64,000 bases of DNA from Azolla caroliniana (GCA_043228905.1 JBHGNT010000013.1:14136001-14200000), one strand, 5' to 3'; positions 22,851 to 36,501 are shown, counted from the first letter of the stretch. The notes: generated from the sequence alone by a model not told the origin. A program made the numbers and translations.

Positions 22851-23710
22851 CTGATGCCAAAAGAAGTTACTAAACAAAACCATAAATCAGAGTGAGATGC
22901 GTAGATAACAAATAAAAAAATGGAGAAATATTTCTCCTAACAGAAAAGGTAAAAACTAGAATGTGCAGATGTAATGAACTTTCTCCTAGCAGAAATGAGA
23001 CTGAAGTATGTGCCATAAAACCAGACCTAAAACACTCTTGCACTTGGTTATTGGTTCCAAACGTGGGCAGAGTTTATGTCGGTTAGCTCTGTCCTTCAAG
23101 TTTGTCTTTTGTCAGTTTTCTTAATGGTCCATTATCTGTCATTCGAAATTACTTATGTTGCTGAGATATCTCCTTGTAGATTATGCTTCTGTTGTTCTTT
23201 TAATAGTCCCATATTATGTGTGGCTAGAACATAGATATCTTAGATTCGAAAAGTCTATATTCCTCCAATTTGGATAGTTAAAAGACTAAAACCAAAATCT
23301 CTTTAAGATGGGTAACAACGGCAACAGGTAGTCATGGTTTTCTCAATATTCAACATACCTCTTACCCTATGTGATATTCTTATGATTCCTTAAACAAATT
23401 TTGGGAAATTCCTGCAGGCCACAGAATTTCTGGAGATGTCAACTACACTCAGTTACACAACATCCCAAACTCCTCAAAAGCTGAAATATAGCCATCATTG
23501 TCTGACCTATTTTCACCCCTGGGCATTCTCAATCATTGTGGCCATCTTTATCGATCTCGTGAATTCATTTCAAGTAGAAAACGTGGTAATCTTCCAATAC
23601 AGTGTGCATCCACCTTCGCCATTTCCACAAACACAACAGACAAACTGGCAGTACAAGATTACTCTTCAGGTTATGTACCTATCTTCCATTTGACAGAATC
23701 ATCATGCATG

Positions 23711-25432
23711 TCAATCATCAGCAAAAATATCAGACATACACATATATGCTCCAGAGTCTATTACATCCAGTCCTGTTGCTTGACTAAATGCAAGCTTTCC
23801 AAACACCACATTGCTTGACTTCCGAGAAGCAGTCAACAATGTCTTCCAGATAGTAGAATCCGGAATAAATGGCATCTCTTGGATTATTATTACTGCTTTT
23901 TCCAATTGTCCTGCACGACCATGCAGATCAACCATGCACGTATAGTGCTCGAGAATTGGAGCAATGCCATAATCTTTGCTCATAACATCGAAATACCAAG
24001 AACCCCTTTCTATGAGACCAGCATGACAGCATGTGTTGAGAATACTAATAAATGTAACATGATCTGCCTTAATATCGTTTTGTATCATGCTGTCAAAAAG
24101 AGTGAAAACAACTTCATGCTCTCCAAGTTGGCCATATCCAGCAATTAGTGCAGACCATGACACTACATCTAGGTCTTGAAGCTTGTCAAACACTTCCCGA
24201 GCCCTTGTAAGAGAACCACACTTAGAATACATAGAAATAACCATATTTCCCAGAGTCTGATCCTCTTCCAATAAACCTCTTCTTAAAATTTCCAAGTATA
24301 TCTCCTCACCCTTGTTCATAGCACCAAGGTTGCCACAAGCTTTCAGGCAACAAAGAAAAGTGACAACATTTGGAGAGACCCCTTCTTTTTTCATATCATC
24401 GAAACAGTCGAGAGCTCTCTCATTCTGATCATGGTCAACATAGCCCGTGATAAGAGCAGTCCATGAAATTACAGAGCGAACTTTAAGATTGTCAAATACC
24501 TCACGAGCTTTTGCAAGGAACCCCGATTTTGCATACATGGAAACTAAAGTGCTTGCAACGGCAGGCTCAGTCTCTAATAATCCATAACCCATGATTTTCG
24601 CATGCATTTCTTGTCCTTTATCTACATCTCCGATGATTCTGCAAGCTTTCAATATACAAATGAGTGTGACATCATTTGGACATATGCCCTCTTGTTGCAT
24701 TAGATTGAGGCAATCTAATGCTCGCTCAACAACATCACATGTTACATATGCTGTAATCATAGCATTCCATGACACTACATCTCTTACTCGGAGCCTATCA
24801 AAAGCTCCTCTTGATCTTGCTAGTGAACCACATTTTGCATACATATCAATCAAGGAGTTCGAGATAAAAATATTTTGATCAAACCTTCCTTCTCTCAAAA
24901 TCTTGGCATGTATTTCAATGCCCTTTTCAAGGTTCTTAAGCTTTGCACAAGCCTTCAATACGGCCACATATGTATGCCCACTAGGTTGTATAATGGTATT
25001 ACCAACCATTTTCTCATAAAGCATAAGGGCATGTTGAGGTTTACCACACCTAATACAACCACTTATAAGCGAAGTCCATGCGAACTCACTTGGAGAATCC
25101 AACTTTTCGAAGACCATTTGAGCATCTTGAAGCATTCCAACATCAACTAACATGGACACAAGGCCATTTCCGAGAGATGGGTGAGTTTCAAGTCCACACT
25201 TTTGTATATAAGCATAGAAACGGGAACCTAATTCGAGGTTTTTATCTTTTTGACATTTTTTTGAGATGAATGCAAAGTAATCGACCGAAAGTGAGGTGAT
25301 CTTACCACTCTCTAAAAAAGAGAGAATTTCCTCTAGGTTAAGCATCTTTCCTGAATCATTATCACTCCTGGAATGAGAATATCTCGTTACAAAACCATCT
25401 CTATTGTATGGTATTGTGGGAATCAAAGCCAT
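23711..25432 (-). CDS. PLS-class pentatricopeptide repeat protein with E-type C-terminus (no DYW), 573 aa
   Basis: Intronless; repeated LIDMYAKCGSL / DVVSWNAMI / PNVVTFLCCLKAC motifs; HYTCMVDLHGRAG. Confidence 0.93.
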   Translation of the reverse strand: MALIPTIPYNRDGFVTRYSHSRSDNDSGKMLNLEEILSFLESGKITSLSVDYFAFISKKCQKDKNLELGSRFYAYIQKCGLETHPSLGNGLVSMLVDVGMLQDAQMVFEKLDSPSEFAWTSLISGCIRCGKPQHALMLYEKMVGNTIIQPSGHTYVAVLKACAKLKNLEKGIEIHAKILREGRFDQNIFISNSLIDMYAKCGSLARSRGAFDRLRVRDVVSWNAMITAYVTCDVVERALDCLNLMQQEGICPNDVTLICILKACRIIGDVDKGQEMHAKIMGYGLLETEPAVASTLVSMYAKSGFLAKAREVFDNLKVRSVISWTALITGYVDHDQNERALDCFDDMKKEGVSPNVVTFLCCLKACGNLGAMNKGEEIYLEILRRGLLEEDQTLGNMVISMYSKCGSLTRAREVFDKLQDLDVVSWSALIAGYGQLGEHEVVFTLFDSMIQNDIKADHVTFISILNTCCHAGLIERGSWYFDVMSKDYGIAPILEHYTCMVDLHGRAGQLEKAVIIIQEMPFIPDSTIWKTLLTASRKSSNVVFGKLAFSQATGLDVIDSGAYMCMSDIFADD

Positions 25433-28400
25433 TTCGGGAAACTTATTAGGGTTTGGTTAAACTGATGTTACTCTGTTCTTTCCTCTGGTTAAGGAAAGCC
25501 AGCAGGGGGGATTCAAGTGCTTATGGTGTGCTCAGCACCTCCATCTCTGTTTGGGAGAGAGATAGAGGGTTCATGATTTATGTAAGATAACGCAGCAAAG
25601 GACTATGTGTATCAAATCAAAAGAGAAAGGGTTAGCATGGAGTACCTGAAACTGGGTTGAAGGAGGAGGCCATTCACCATTCAAGGAGATAGAGCAAAAT
25701 TGTGCTGAATCAAATTATGGTCTTCTAAGACAAAATTTGGCCCACTTACAACAAAATGGAATGTGTACCCAATCATCCAAAATAAAAATAAAATAAACAT
25801 AGATAAAAAAAGAGAGCTAATATTGTACAAAATATGTTATAGTGTAACTATGAGAACGTGATAATAGAATCTGCCTTCTTCATACATCCTATGAGACGCA
25901 ACACGTGAGATGAGATGAGGCATGACAAGTGGCGTGGAGTGGAGCGTGGCGAATAAGAGATGAAGTGAGCCACCTCGTAATGATTACACATGTGATCGGG
26001 GATGATGTGGCACTCGTGCTCGTCACATGAAGTTTGGAATTCTCATGAATGGGAATCGGTCGCATGGAATCATTGATCTGTGGCACATGTATGTTGGTGA
26101 TTAAATAGATGTTGATTTGTTTATACGGTCCTTTTCGGTTTCCCAAGGACATAGATTGGATTCAAAGGCATTGAGTTTTTGGATGGCAATAGGGTTTTGG
26201 GCCGTGATCTCTTGATTGTCATGATAACATATAAGAGGACTTTGACTTGTGGCCACTTGGGTTTTGCTTTTCTTGGACATTCGTTGGAGAGGAGGTTTTT
26301 TTTGGATGCTAAGAAGGTTGAACTTGTTTCTAAGTTGAACTACAGTTTTCTAGGTCATTTTACCCTAATCATTCTTCAAGTATCAACTTAATTGAAACCT
26401 CAATTTGAGACCACGAGTTATGATTGAATTCCTAAGATTGTTTTTCCATCTCAAAATGCATTTGTAGAGATGCATATGGATTTTGTGTTTCGAGAAAGCA
26501 CGCCACATCACCTTTGAGTTTGCTATTTAGTGATTAGAAGTTTATAGAATAAGATCGTGGAAAATTAGGGAGAACAATAGTGGAAGAAATTTCAAGATAA
26601 TGTAGTGTCGAAAACTCGAAGCAAGAAAAAGTGGAAATGGGAAGTTTGAAGCTAAAGACAATGAGAACTTGTGTTAATAGTCATGAGCTCCTCATAAATG
26701 GATATGGTTGATTGGAGGCACTTTCCAAGTCAATCGATGGGTGATACAAGTTAGAGTTCATTGGTAGCATTCTTGTTGATATTTTATTTTATCTCTTTCT
26801 AGTTTTAAGCTGTCCCAAAGTATTTGTGCATACTTTGCATTCACATCATGTACATCTAACCTTTTTATAGAGATTTGGACATTTTCTAGCCAATGAGCAA
26901 CGTGCACAATTTGATAACATATCTCCATTAGAACTTTTCGACATCAAATATCATTCATTGGTCTTGGAAAAGCTAAGGTTGACATGTTCAATTAGATCTC
27001 CAAAGACTAACAAGGAAGGAATGTTTGAACTAGTTTTAAGATCTCCATATTTGCCTCCCAATACATGCCTCTACCAAAACTACTATGGAGCTTTCAAGCA
27101 TGATTTTTTTGCCTTACGGAAAATCGTAGGCCAACAACATTAGATGCTATTTTACTTGGTCTTTTTGGGTTTACAATTTTGGCAAATTCCACAACTTCCC
27201 CAACCCATCTATTCAAACCAGTAGATATGCCTTCTAAAAAGCATTGTTAACAACATTATATTCTAAAGCGCCACAGTAGAACATTGTTTTTATAGTCATA
27301 ATAGATATTTGAATTGTCCCCTCAGATTCACGATGTTGCCTTATTGAAATTCTCAATTGTAAGTAGGTCATATTGACTATAAAGCATCCTCATGTTTTAT
27401 TTTGAGATTAAACATGCTAGAATGTGGCTCCAATAAATGGATTCACCGTGTTGGCATTAGCATTGTAACATAAGAAGCCAACGATGTAGCATTAGCATTG
27501 TCATTTAAAAGGCAATGCTAACAAATGTATTGGCATTTCCTTTATCTATTGATATTAATAGCACATGAAGTTGTTTAAAGACAATTCAACATGCAAACTA
27601 TTATGACTAGAAGGATTGAGTTTCTTTGATGCTTGACATTAGACATTCATTAAACGGTTGGTGTCAAATCAAGGGCTTACACTTCATTGTATGTTTTATT
27701 ATAGAATGATATTTGAGAGATGACATACGTGATTTTTAGTTTATATTGTCAAGTTTAAAACGAGGCATAGAGAATCCTACCAACTCGTGAAATTAAAAGT
27801 GATATGCAACAATCGGGAAGAAGATGTAGGATTTTAGTATAAGGATAGTAGGGCACACAAGCACATGAAGTGCACAAATGTGAACCGTGTGTATTCTCTT
27901 CATAATTAACCCAAGTCTTAAACTACTACTCAACTAAATCGAATTGTGCTTTGACTTATCATGTTGATGTCCTTAACCATTCGCCTTGTTGGATATGATC
28001 ATAGAGTTATTTATATACCAAGAATTCAAATGCTTCATTTAATCTACTTCAACACACTCAAATGCATTGCAAATTACCAAATCGTTAGAGTTTGCATAAT
28101 AATATCATTACGTTTTGTGTTCCCTAGCAAATTGTGAGATCTACATGAAAAAACTACCTTGCATTAAAGATAAGTTGATGTTAACACATATTATCCTTGT
28201 AAAATGTGTCGTTCTTGTGAAAACTCACAAACATGTTTTTGTCCATAGTGTTTTATTTGTGTAATGCAGCTTAAATATCGTTCGCAATGTAGCGCTTGCT
28301 ACATTGTTTCATGACTAGCAACACTCTACACTTTTTGGGCAATAAACAATGGCATCCTCTTTATTAATGAAGAACAAGGAAACCAATGTTCATGCCTTGA

Positions 28401-29806
28401 AGGCTCTTACTTTACGTTTTAAAGTTGTAACTTTAAGCTTATCGCATCAAATGTATTTCATATGGGCCCAAGAAATCCTTAATGTTGAGGGTTAAATATT
28501 TCAGAATAAAGAGTAAGATCTACCCAATAAATAGAGAAAGCTCAAAATCTTTCCGTGATTTTTTTTATTGCTTTTTAGTTTGGTTTACCCTTGTGGTCCT
28601 TTTATGTTGTGTGCATATGTTTTGTGAAACGTGTTCCTTTTGGAACTAGAATACCAATGCAATGGAACAGACAAAAGGCGTGATAATTAGCCATGGTGGG
28701 TCTTGGAAGCACCGCTCATGATATGTGTTGCAACTACAAGATGCGTTGGCTCTTGTGGCCTTTAATAGAGATCGTGTGCATCTTCAACCTCCTCTAATGA
28801 TAAGGTTCTCCAATTACTTCATAAGGTACCAAAGACCTATAGCGCTCGAAAAAACTATTGGTTAAAACAATGGGGAACCTCCTATGCACATTGCTAGTTG
28901 AGTTTTCTAACATCGGACTGATACTTGGAATCATTTGCATTTTTTCTTTATCCACTCAAAGATCAACCATTTCATAAAACTAATTGTTTTGTGTTGAAAA
29001 CCCAAATATTTTTTATGGTGGTCATTAACTTATTGACACCATTCAAAGCGTGATTGGTGAGGAAACTTGGGTTACTGTCTAGAAATATAAAAGAATTCGA
29101 TTGTACTAGTTACAAAAGACAATTGGCCAAATTTTTCTTTAGGTTTTCAATTTGTAGTGCCTTTATGATAGTCATAAATGATGATAGATAGAGATGCATA
29201 TTAATATATTACTTAGCTTTACGATAATATGAACGGGTGCTTGATATACATTTCTACCCAATGTTAATGTTATATAGTACCCGACAAACGATCATCAATA
29301 CTTGCAGATAATTATCTGATGCTTATCCACAGAGAAGTAATGCAAACTTCTCGACAAATTTGATGAACCTACATGAAGAGTGTGGAATGAGCGATGGAGG
29401 CACTAAAGCCAAATAGGAAGGAGTAGCTCGTGTTATTGTAGGATACAAGAGAGATGTTAATCAAATACCCAACATTATCCACTACCCCACTCTTCTTTGC
29501 ACATTATCAAAGTGAACTTCGAAACATATTTGGTGAGACTAACGTGGAGGGTGCATGGTAAGTGAAGTTAGAACGAAGGACAAAAAGGATGGAGTTGCTC
29601 GTGTTGATGTATGACCCTAACGAGATGCGTGATGTAGAAGGAGGGATATAGAGTTAGGCATGCAATTTTGAAAGATTCTTATAGACAACTACAAAAGGAT
29701 CTTACATTGCTCATTGTAGTGGGTGCATCCTTTATGTTGGGATGGTGTTCTGGTACAACCGTGGAATTCAATCAAAGTGGAATGGAACTGGTTCACTACC
29801 TTTATC

Positions 29807-32800
29807 TTAATATTTCTCATGTATGATTGATTGCCACTCGTAGTTGCTGAAGAATGTTGTGCCATTGTTCTTCTTGAGAGTGCCTTGCTCCTCTTCCTCT
29901 ATCATCAAGCCTCTTGGAAGCGCTACAATCAATGCCATGTACCTTCCAATGTTGTGAAGATTTTCGGCAATGGTGTGAAAATTGCGAGGAACATACAAAA
30001 TCGAGTGTGGTTCTTCACACATGATATGAAACAATAATAGTAAAGATACTATTTTAGATTAGTTTAATATTGTAAAGAATCAATGGTGATTCTTGTGTAG
30101 CGGAATAGATGCGTGTTATGTGCATATATGTGTGAGAGAAGATGAGTGGAGAGAAAAGAGAACTCAAGATAGATAAATGATAGGAAAATAGAATACTCAA
30201 GAAGAAGGTGTATATTTCACAAGTAGAATGAGATTTACAAAATGTAGCATAACAAGGAGTCACAACCGACTTAGTATGAAGTATGAGGAGGGTGCTTTAT
30301 ATAGAGTCACCCTCTCTCTTCATTAACTTTACAACAACCACTCTCTCTCTTGGGGAATGTGAAGACTCATAGTCATGGGGAATATGTAACTCATTAGTTA
30401 TGTGTCATAGAATATGATTCTATGACATATAGTTAATGTGTAGAGAGTAGTGGTGTGACTCTTGACTTTTGAGTAATCATGGATTCTCAAAAGGTGTGTT
30501 CACAAGTTGTGCTATGTTGAGTTTGATTCTCAACAAATATCTTGGTACGAAAAGATGGATGTCTTCAAGAGCTTCTGAATGTACTTTACTACATTTGAAA
30601 CGGACAACTAAATGTCAAGTTATGTGAATGTGAAGTTTGAGAAGAAGAAGAGAAAAACAAAACTATGAGATATCCCACATAGATAGGACAAATCAGGATC
30701 CCACAATATATAAGCAGAGCCAGAACTTATTGCTTTTTGCCTATGTGTGGAGCACACAATGTTTTGGAGGAACCAGACGGATGACGACAAAACCAGAACC
30801 AGACTGGATAGATCGGATCACCGGGTCGGATGCGGACCAGATCGATTAGATAGGTTGATCACGACGATTTCGGTGTGAAACGAACAAAATCATCTAGACT
30901 AAAAAACCTAGTAAAATTTTGTATGCAAAGAGATATAAGCAAGGCTTGAACCCTACACCTCCAAGATGGGAGGCAATAAACTTACCACTAAGCCAAGTTG
31001 TTTCCTTAAGAATATTTTTCCTACCATTATAATATCACATGTAAATTCTCATATTAGAGCTTGAATGAGTGACATGGTTATCATGCATCACATGTAATGC
31101 ATAAGCGCCAAATGGCAAACATGCATTCCATGCATTGTATGCATGTCTTGCACCCTCAATGCATCATATGCATGGGGGCGTCTATAAAAGAGTGAATGAA
31201 AAAGATCAATGGGGAGCGATATATGAATCAAGAATTTAATAAGAAGAAAATTCGTTATCCAAATGATGATATATCTTGTTCTTCAAATCTAAAGTCAAGA
31301 GTTCAATCTTAATCTCTCTCTCCATTTCAATCTGTTTCAAAATTGGAATCTTAATCTTAATCTCTCTCTCTCAATCTATCTTAAATCCTATCTCGCTAAA
31401 GCTAGTACAAACTTCGAATCTTTCCGATCTAGGACCCCGACGGTTCCGCCTCACGATCTGCACATAGTGACAGATCTTCACGACACCACAATTGTGCCTA
31501 CATCTCATATTTCTTCCGAAACCACGGTTGCACTTGTCAGCATGATCAAGCACCATGCATGACTGAGATTTGGTCCCCACGGGCCATAGAATCTCAGCCA
31601 CATTTGAAGAACGAGAGTGGGTCGAGTAAATCTGGTGCGATGTATGCATTACAATAAACCAATATATACATAGCTATTGTATGATTACAAGGATGTACAT
31701 CAACTCACCTTTTGGAGGAGCATCCAAAATTGATGTTTCATGTTCTGATATGGGGTCCAACGCTAGATGAATCTCTATCATTGCCACCTCCATGTTGTTT
31801 ACAACCTCGATCTTCGTGGATGTGTTTCTTACCCTTACAAAAACCTTGCAACCAAAACAAAGGTTGACACTCATGCATCACTGTTGTACCCTATTTTACA
31901 TTGTTCAAAAATGAATCATGTCATACCTCCCTTCACTGTGATATGTATCACCCTACTTGTCATCAAACATCTAGAACTCTTTGGACCTGGTCGCCATCTA
32001 TACAAGCAATCTGTGTACAAATAATTATGATCATAAAAAACTACACGAATCTAAACCCTAAACCTAGATTCAGAAATTGCAAGTTTTCAAAAATCATGCA
32101 AACAAAATTTGATAAATGCCACATGCAACTTTCCAAAAAATCATCCAATAAGAAAACAAGACCATTTTTAGAAACATCTGCATGTATCATACAAGAATTT
32201 TAACCTTGATATCATTTTCAAGACCATTTTTACATTTTAACCATCCATTTCGTGAAAATTAAAAACTTTTAAAATACTATTTTAAGTATCGAAGAAAAGT
32301 AAAATCCAATAAAACATATACCTGGCAAGTAAGCACATGTGGTGATGCAGATGCATGTGCAATTGTTGATGACTTCTTCCCTCCTAAAACCTAGATTGTC
32401 AGTTCCAAAAATGTGAAAAATTAGAAGCATCAGGTTTTTTTTCCCCAAAAAACAAGCATTAGGGTTTTATTACCCAAAAATTATAAGTCGAGCACCCACA
32501 AGTAGTAGGGGCTCCCATCACGAGTTGGGGTATTGCCTGAGATGGTCGGGTTCTTGTGTTTGAGTCGGGCGACTACAAAAGTCAGCCTCTTGCTTTTTAT
32601 TTGGGCGATTGCAGATTGTGAAAGTCGGGGGCTCTCGAAGACGAGTCAGGTGAGTGTAGAGTGTGAAGTGGGGGGGCGACTACAGATTTGAATGGACAGG
32701 CAACGACTTGGTGACCAACTTTTTCGATGGCGTGTTTTTTTTTCGGATAATGATCAGATGCAGATTGCATGTGCCCTTAGCTAAGCGTCATGCCATGTTC

Positions 32801-32860
32801 GTGGCCGGGATACCCTCGCCAGGAAGACTGCTTTACATGATTTGGGTGTAAATAGACACA
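29807..32860 (-). mobile_element. Degraded relative of the Ulp1-carrying MULE (5' exons of the passenger gene plus right end)
   Basis: 31997-31927 MATRSKEF*MFDDK*GDTYHSEGR vs MASRSKIFIDFDADWGETIPYEGR (both 71 nt); 31844-31709 matches exon 2; 29810-29950 LPRGLMIEEEEQ...TFFSNYE vs LPRGLKIDEEEQ...SFFSEYE; gtcggg-type repeats at 32490-32650; TIR-like end near 32810-32860. Confidence 0.7.
30027..30535 (-). mobile_element. Probable solo LTR interrupting the degraded MULE gene
   Basis: TG...CA-bounded ~510 bp insert with a minus-strand TATA (~30300); TSD not clean. Confidence 0.45.
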
Positions 32861-33299
32861 TATAGAATAGGCATCGCATAGTACGTAAAATTCGTGTTTA
32901 TCTAATATAATATTCGTTTTCCTACGTTGGAAAACGAATGCGAATGTTATTCAAGAATTTTTTTTTTCTATTTAAAAAATAATTTTTAATGTTTTTTTTT
33001 TTTTTTTTTCTATTTCTCAGGCTTATTTACCTCATAATAAATAGTTAATACAAGAGTATGGTATTGATCATTCTTTGAGGGTGTTTTTCTTAAGAGAATG
33101 CGAATGCGAATGCACATATGGTATGGTATGGTACGTATGCATAGCCATCGCCATAGCCATAGAAGCCATCGCCAGAGCTTCCGTAACCCTAAATTTGACT
33201 CGAGTGGCACACCTACTGAAATAACCCGCTCTCAGGTCCTCCTGTTTTCTGCGAGCATTGCAAAGCTTCCATAGCCGACTGACTGACCAGTTCTGAAGC

Positions 33300-34539
33300 A
33301 TGGTAGCTCCTCAATCCCCTCTCTCCATCCGCGAGTTCCAATGGAGCCCGCATTCCACCATAGCCTCCTCCCCTCTCTTCCTCTTCTCTGCCATCCTCTC
33401 CTACCTTCTCTGCACATTCGGTCTCTCCTTACTTCTCTGCAAGAGGAAGTCTCCAATTCCTCTAGGCCCCCTCCCTGTCGTGCACAACCTGATCCTCTTC
33501 CTCGGATCCTTCATCATGTTCGCAGGATGCCTCGCCTCCGCCATGGAAGAGATCATCGGAGCGCCTGGACAGTGGCAGACATTGTGGCCAGAACAGTGGA
33601 AACTATGGTCATTTTCCTCCTCGTCTTCCTCAACCTTCTCATCATCGTTACCTTCTTCTTCAAGGTATTGGCTATGGATTTACTTCTCTTCTTTATGGCA
33701 GTTTTCTTCTCATCTTAGTCATCATTATCACTGTTTCTCGGCTTCGGCTTCGTCTTCCTCACAAATGTCATTTGTCATTCCCAGCATTTTCATCGTCATC
33801 ATCGTCATCTTCTTTTTCTTCAAGGCACGCTTGGCTATGATTTCTCTTCTCTGTCTTTCAAAACTTTTATGTCTTTGTCATCTTCATCCTCATCAATTTC
33901 GCATTGTTATCATCGTCATCTTTAAGAGTGTCTTGGCATGCATTTTTTGCTTATTTCCAAATGGTAGTCTGCATCTGATCCATCATCTTTTGTCTTTTTT
34001 CGGTTCCTTCATCAAGATCATGGATATGGCTTTTCTGCTTCCCGAAAGGAACTTCTGCATCTGGACCCGTCTTCTTCTGGTCCTACATCTTCTACCTCAG
34101 CAAATACTACGAGCTTCTCGACACATTAATCATGGTGCTAAAGAGGAGGCCTCTCACATTCCTACACGTATTCCACCATTCTGTTGTGATCCTGATGAGC
34201 TTCTTGTGGCTCGAATATGTGCAATCTTTGCAAATCATAGCTCTCCTCACAAACACATCTGTTCATATGCTTATGTATTCTTACTATCTTCTATGTACCT
34301 TAGGGATCAAACCACCGTGGAAGAAAGTGGTAACTAACTGTCAGATCGTCCAGTTTGCGTTCAGCTTTGCTGTGTCTATTGTAATGGTTTACTTGCATTT
34401 CAATGGAGATGGCTGTGCTGGATTTGGTGCTTGGATTTTTAATGCTTGCTTCAATGCTTCGTTGCTGATTTTGTTTGTGAACTTCCATCGCAAACAGTAT
34501 CGAGATGCAAGAGATAGGAAGATGAAGAAGAAGACTTAG
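33300..34539 (+). CDS. ELO/GNS1/SUR4-family fatty acid elongase (plant ELO3/HOS3-like), 2 exons, ~295 aa
   Basis: Exons 33300-33664 and 34017-34539 (phase-2 GT...AG intron, 352 nt); motifs HNLILFLGS, FYLSKYYELLDT, FLHVFHH, NTSVHMLMYSYY, TNCQIVQF; C-terminal dilysine-like ER signal KKKT. Confidence 0.9.
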
Positions 34540-36501
34540 TGCGGAAGGAAACGGGTTTGATGAATCAAAGGCCTGTTTTTTTGTTTCCATTATTTTTGCA
34601 ACGGACAGGAAAAAAGAAAAGGATGACCAGAGAAAGCTTAGTTTTAAAATCTGGATGAAAGCTCCAAAGAATCGAAAGGCTTGGTATTTCTTATGATGGA
34701 ATTGACTGGATTTCGATGAAAGCAATCCTGTGTTTTCTTCGAAAATAAAAAATCAAGGAGATTCATCAACATAATGGTTGAGATTGTCTTTCTTTGTATC
34801 CATGAATTGGAAATTCTTTATATGATCGGATTCTCAGGCTTAGAGTTAAATTGTTTGCTGACATTCCCATTCAAAAATTTCTGTTGTCAAAAGAGGCTTC
34901 TGCTTCATTGGACTTGGTTTGAATTTGAGAATAATCAATGCATTTGATACCGACTCATTAGATTCAAATGAGTTACATACTGGATATCTTAATTTCATTA
35001 TAAATTAATGCATATCCTGTTTTTGATTGTTATCTGCCCAAATATTTCCTATTGCACACAAATTTCATGATATAATTTGTGCATCCTAATTCAAAATTTC
35101 TGTGGAATAGAGACAGGATTCTTAATGTATACATGTCGGTACTGGGATTAATAATTAAGCTCCTTCACTTGCCTACAACTTACCCTAATCTTTATATACG
35201 TCTTCAGGTTTCTGGGGGTCAATATACTATATGTATTGTAGAGTTCCTAAACCCTAATCTCTGAACTATCTAGGTCAATACATTATCTTCTACAGTTTGT
35301 GTAAATTTGAATATTCATTTAACCTATGCATTACCGTGGACCCCATAATTGCTGACTTTTGCTAGTGTATTGTGTTTTTTCTATACATCCCTAACAAGAT
35401 TCAAGATAACTTGATGATGGCAAAAGTAATCTCAGTTTAAGTAATTCGATTGATTCTCTCTGAATATTTTCAAAGCTTTGCATAGACACCACCATGCCTC
35501 GTTGGAAACACTGCAATGATGTGAACGAGCCAGATGGAACAGGAATCAATTGAGGGACAATATCAGTTGTCATCTCTAATACCGGAAGCTTTAATTATGT
35601 ACACTTGGTCCATGCCTATAGGCAATTGGAAGTGATGAAAAGAATAACGTTTTTGTGCACTACACAACTAGGTTTCTGCCAAGCCAAGATGTTCACTAGG
35701 GGTTCAGATAGCTTAGATGTATTGATTTCAATTCTGCAAAACCAATTGGATGCTCGAGTCTTCTCACATTTTCCAAGGTGCCATGACCGAACTCTGATTG
35801 ACATGTTTTTCTCATGCTATTGGTGAAGCTTTATGTTCCATTGTGAGGAAACTCTCATATTGGTTTCATCACCGTGTAAACAATTAAGCCCTGAGTTTGG
35901 GGTTGATTGACAATGTCCCGTTTTCTGAAGCAATGTCCCTTCTAAAAGGACTCTTTATAGCCAAGTTATTTCATATTTTACATTGTGCATTGCACAAATT
36001 ATATTTGTATGCGCCTCTCTACTTACACACGTACGCGAAAGGTTTCTTTAATTTCTTTCAATGCATTGCAAAGAGTTCATGAAACAATACCTTGATAAAC
36101 CACTTTATTGGAGAAAATATATGAAGCAAAACATTATAGAGAGCCATTCTAGGCAATATGGTATAGAGCCACTCTCATGGATGCGCGCGCGCACACGCAC
36201 ACACACACACAAGAATGGATTTTTTATTGTACTTGTAATGAACGACAAATTTTAAATGAGATTACACATTTTTCAATTTCTTGGGATAAAGATAGATTCT
36301 CTTTATTATCAAACTATGTATGTATGCTATGTTGAAACTTGAACGAAATGGGTGTGCTTAAGCGAATATTTACTAGTCTCGAAATTTCATGTCACCAATA
36401 TCCAACAAAAAACAACGTTGGGACGAGAGAGGCAGGAAACCACGAAGAAAGTAAAGAGTTTATAAATTATACTGAAAAAAAATAAACCGTCTTATAAATC
36501 A

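Noticed and set aside
26700-29400. Cys-containing minus-strand fragments (e.g. GSCGICQNCK near 27190) suggesting a decayed gene
   Set aside because: Many stops and no family recognisable by eye; may be the remainder of the degraded MULE but cannot be supported without tBLASTx.
33300-34337. 345 aa ORF as the real protein, or ELO as a frameshifted pseudogene
   Set aside because: A phase-compatible GT-AG intron (33665-34016) restores a normal ELO; the ORF's C-terminal half is off-frame read-through.
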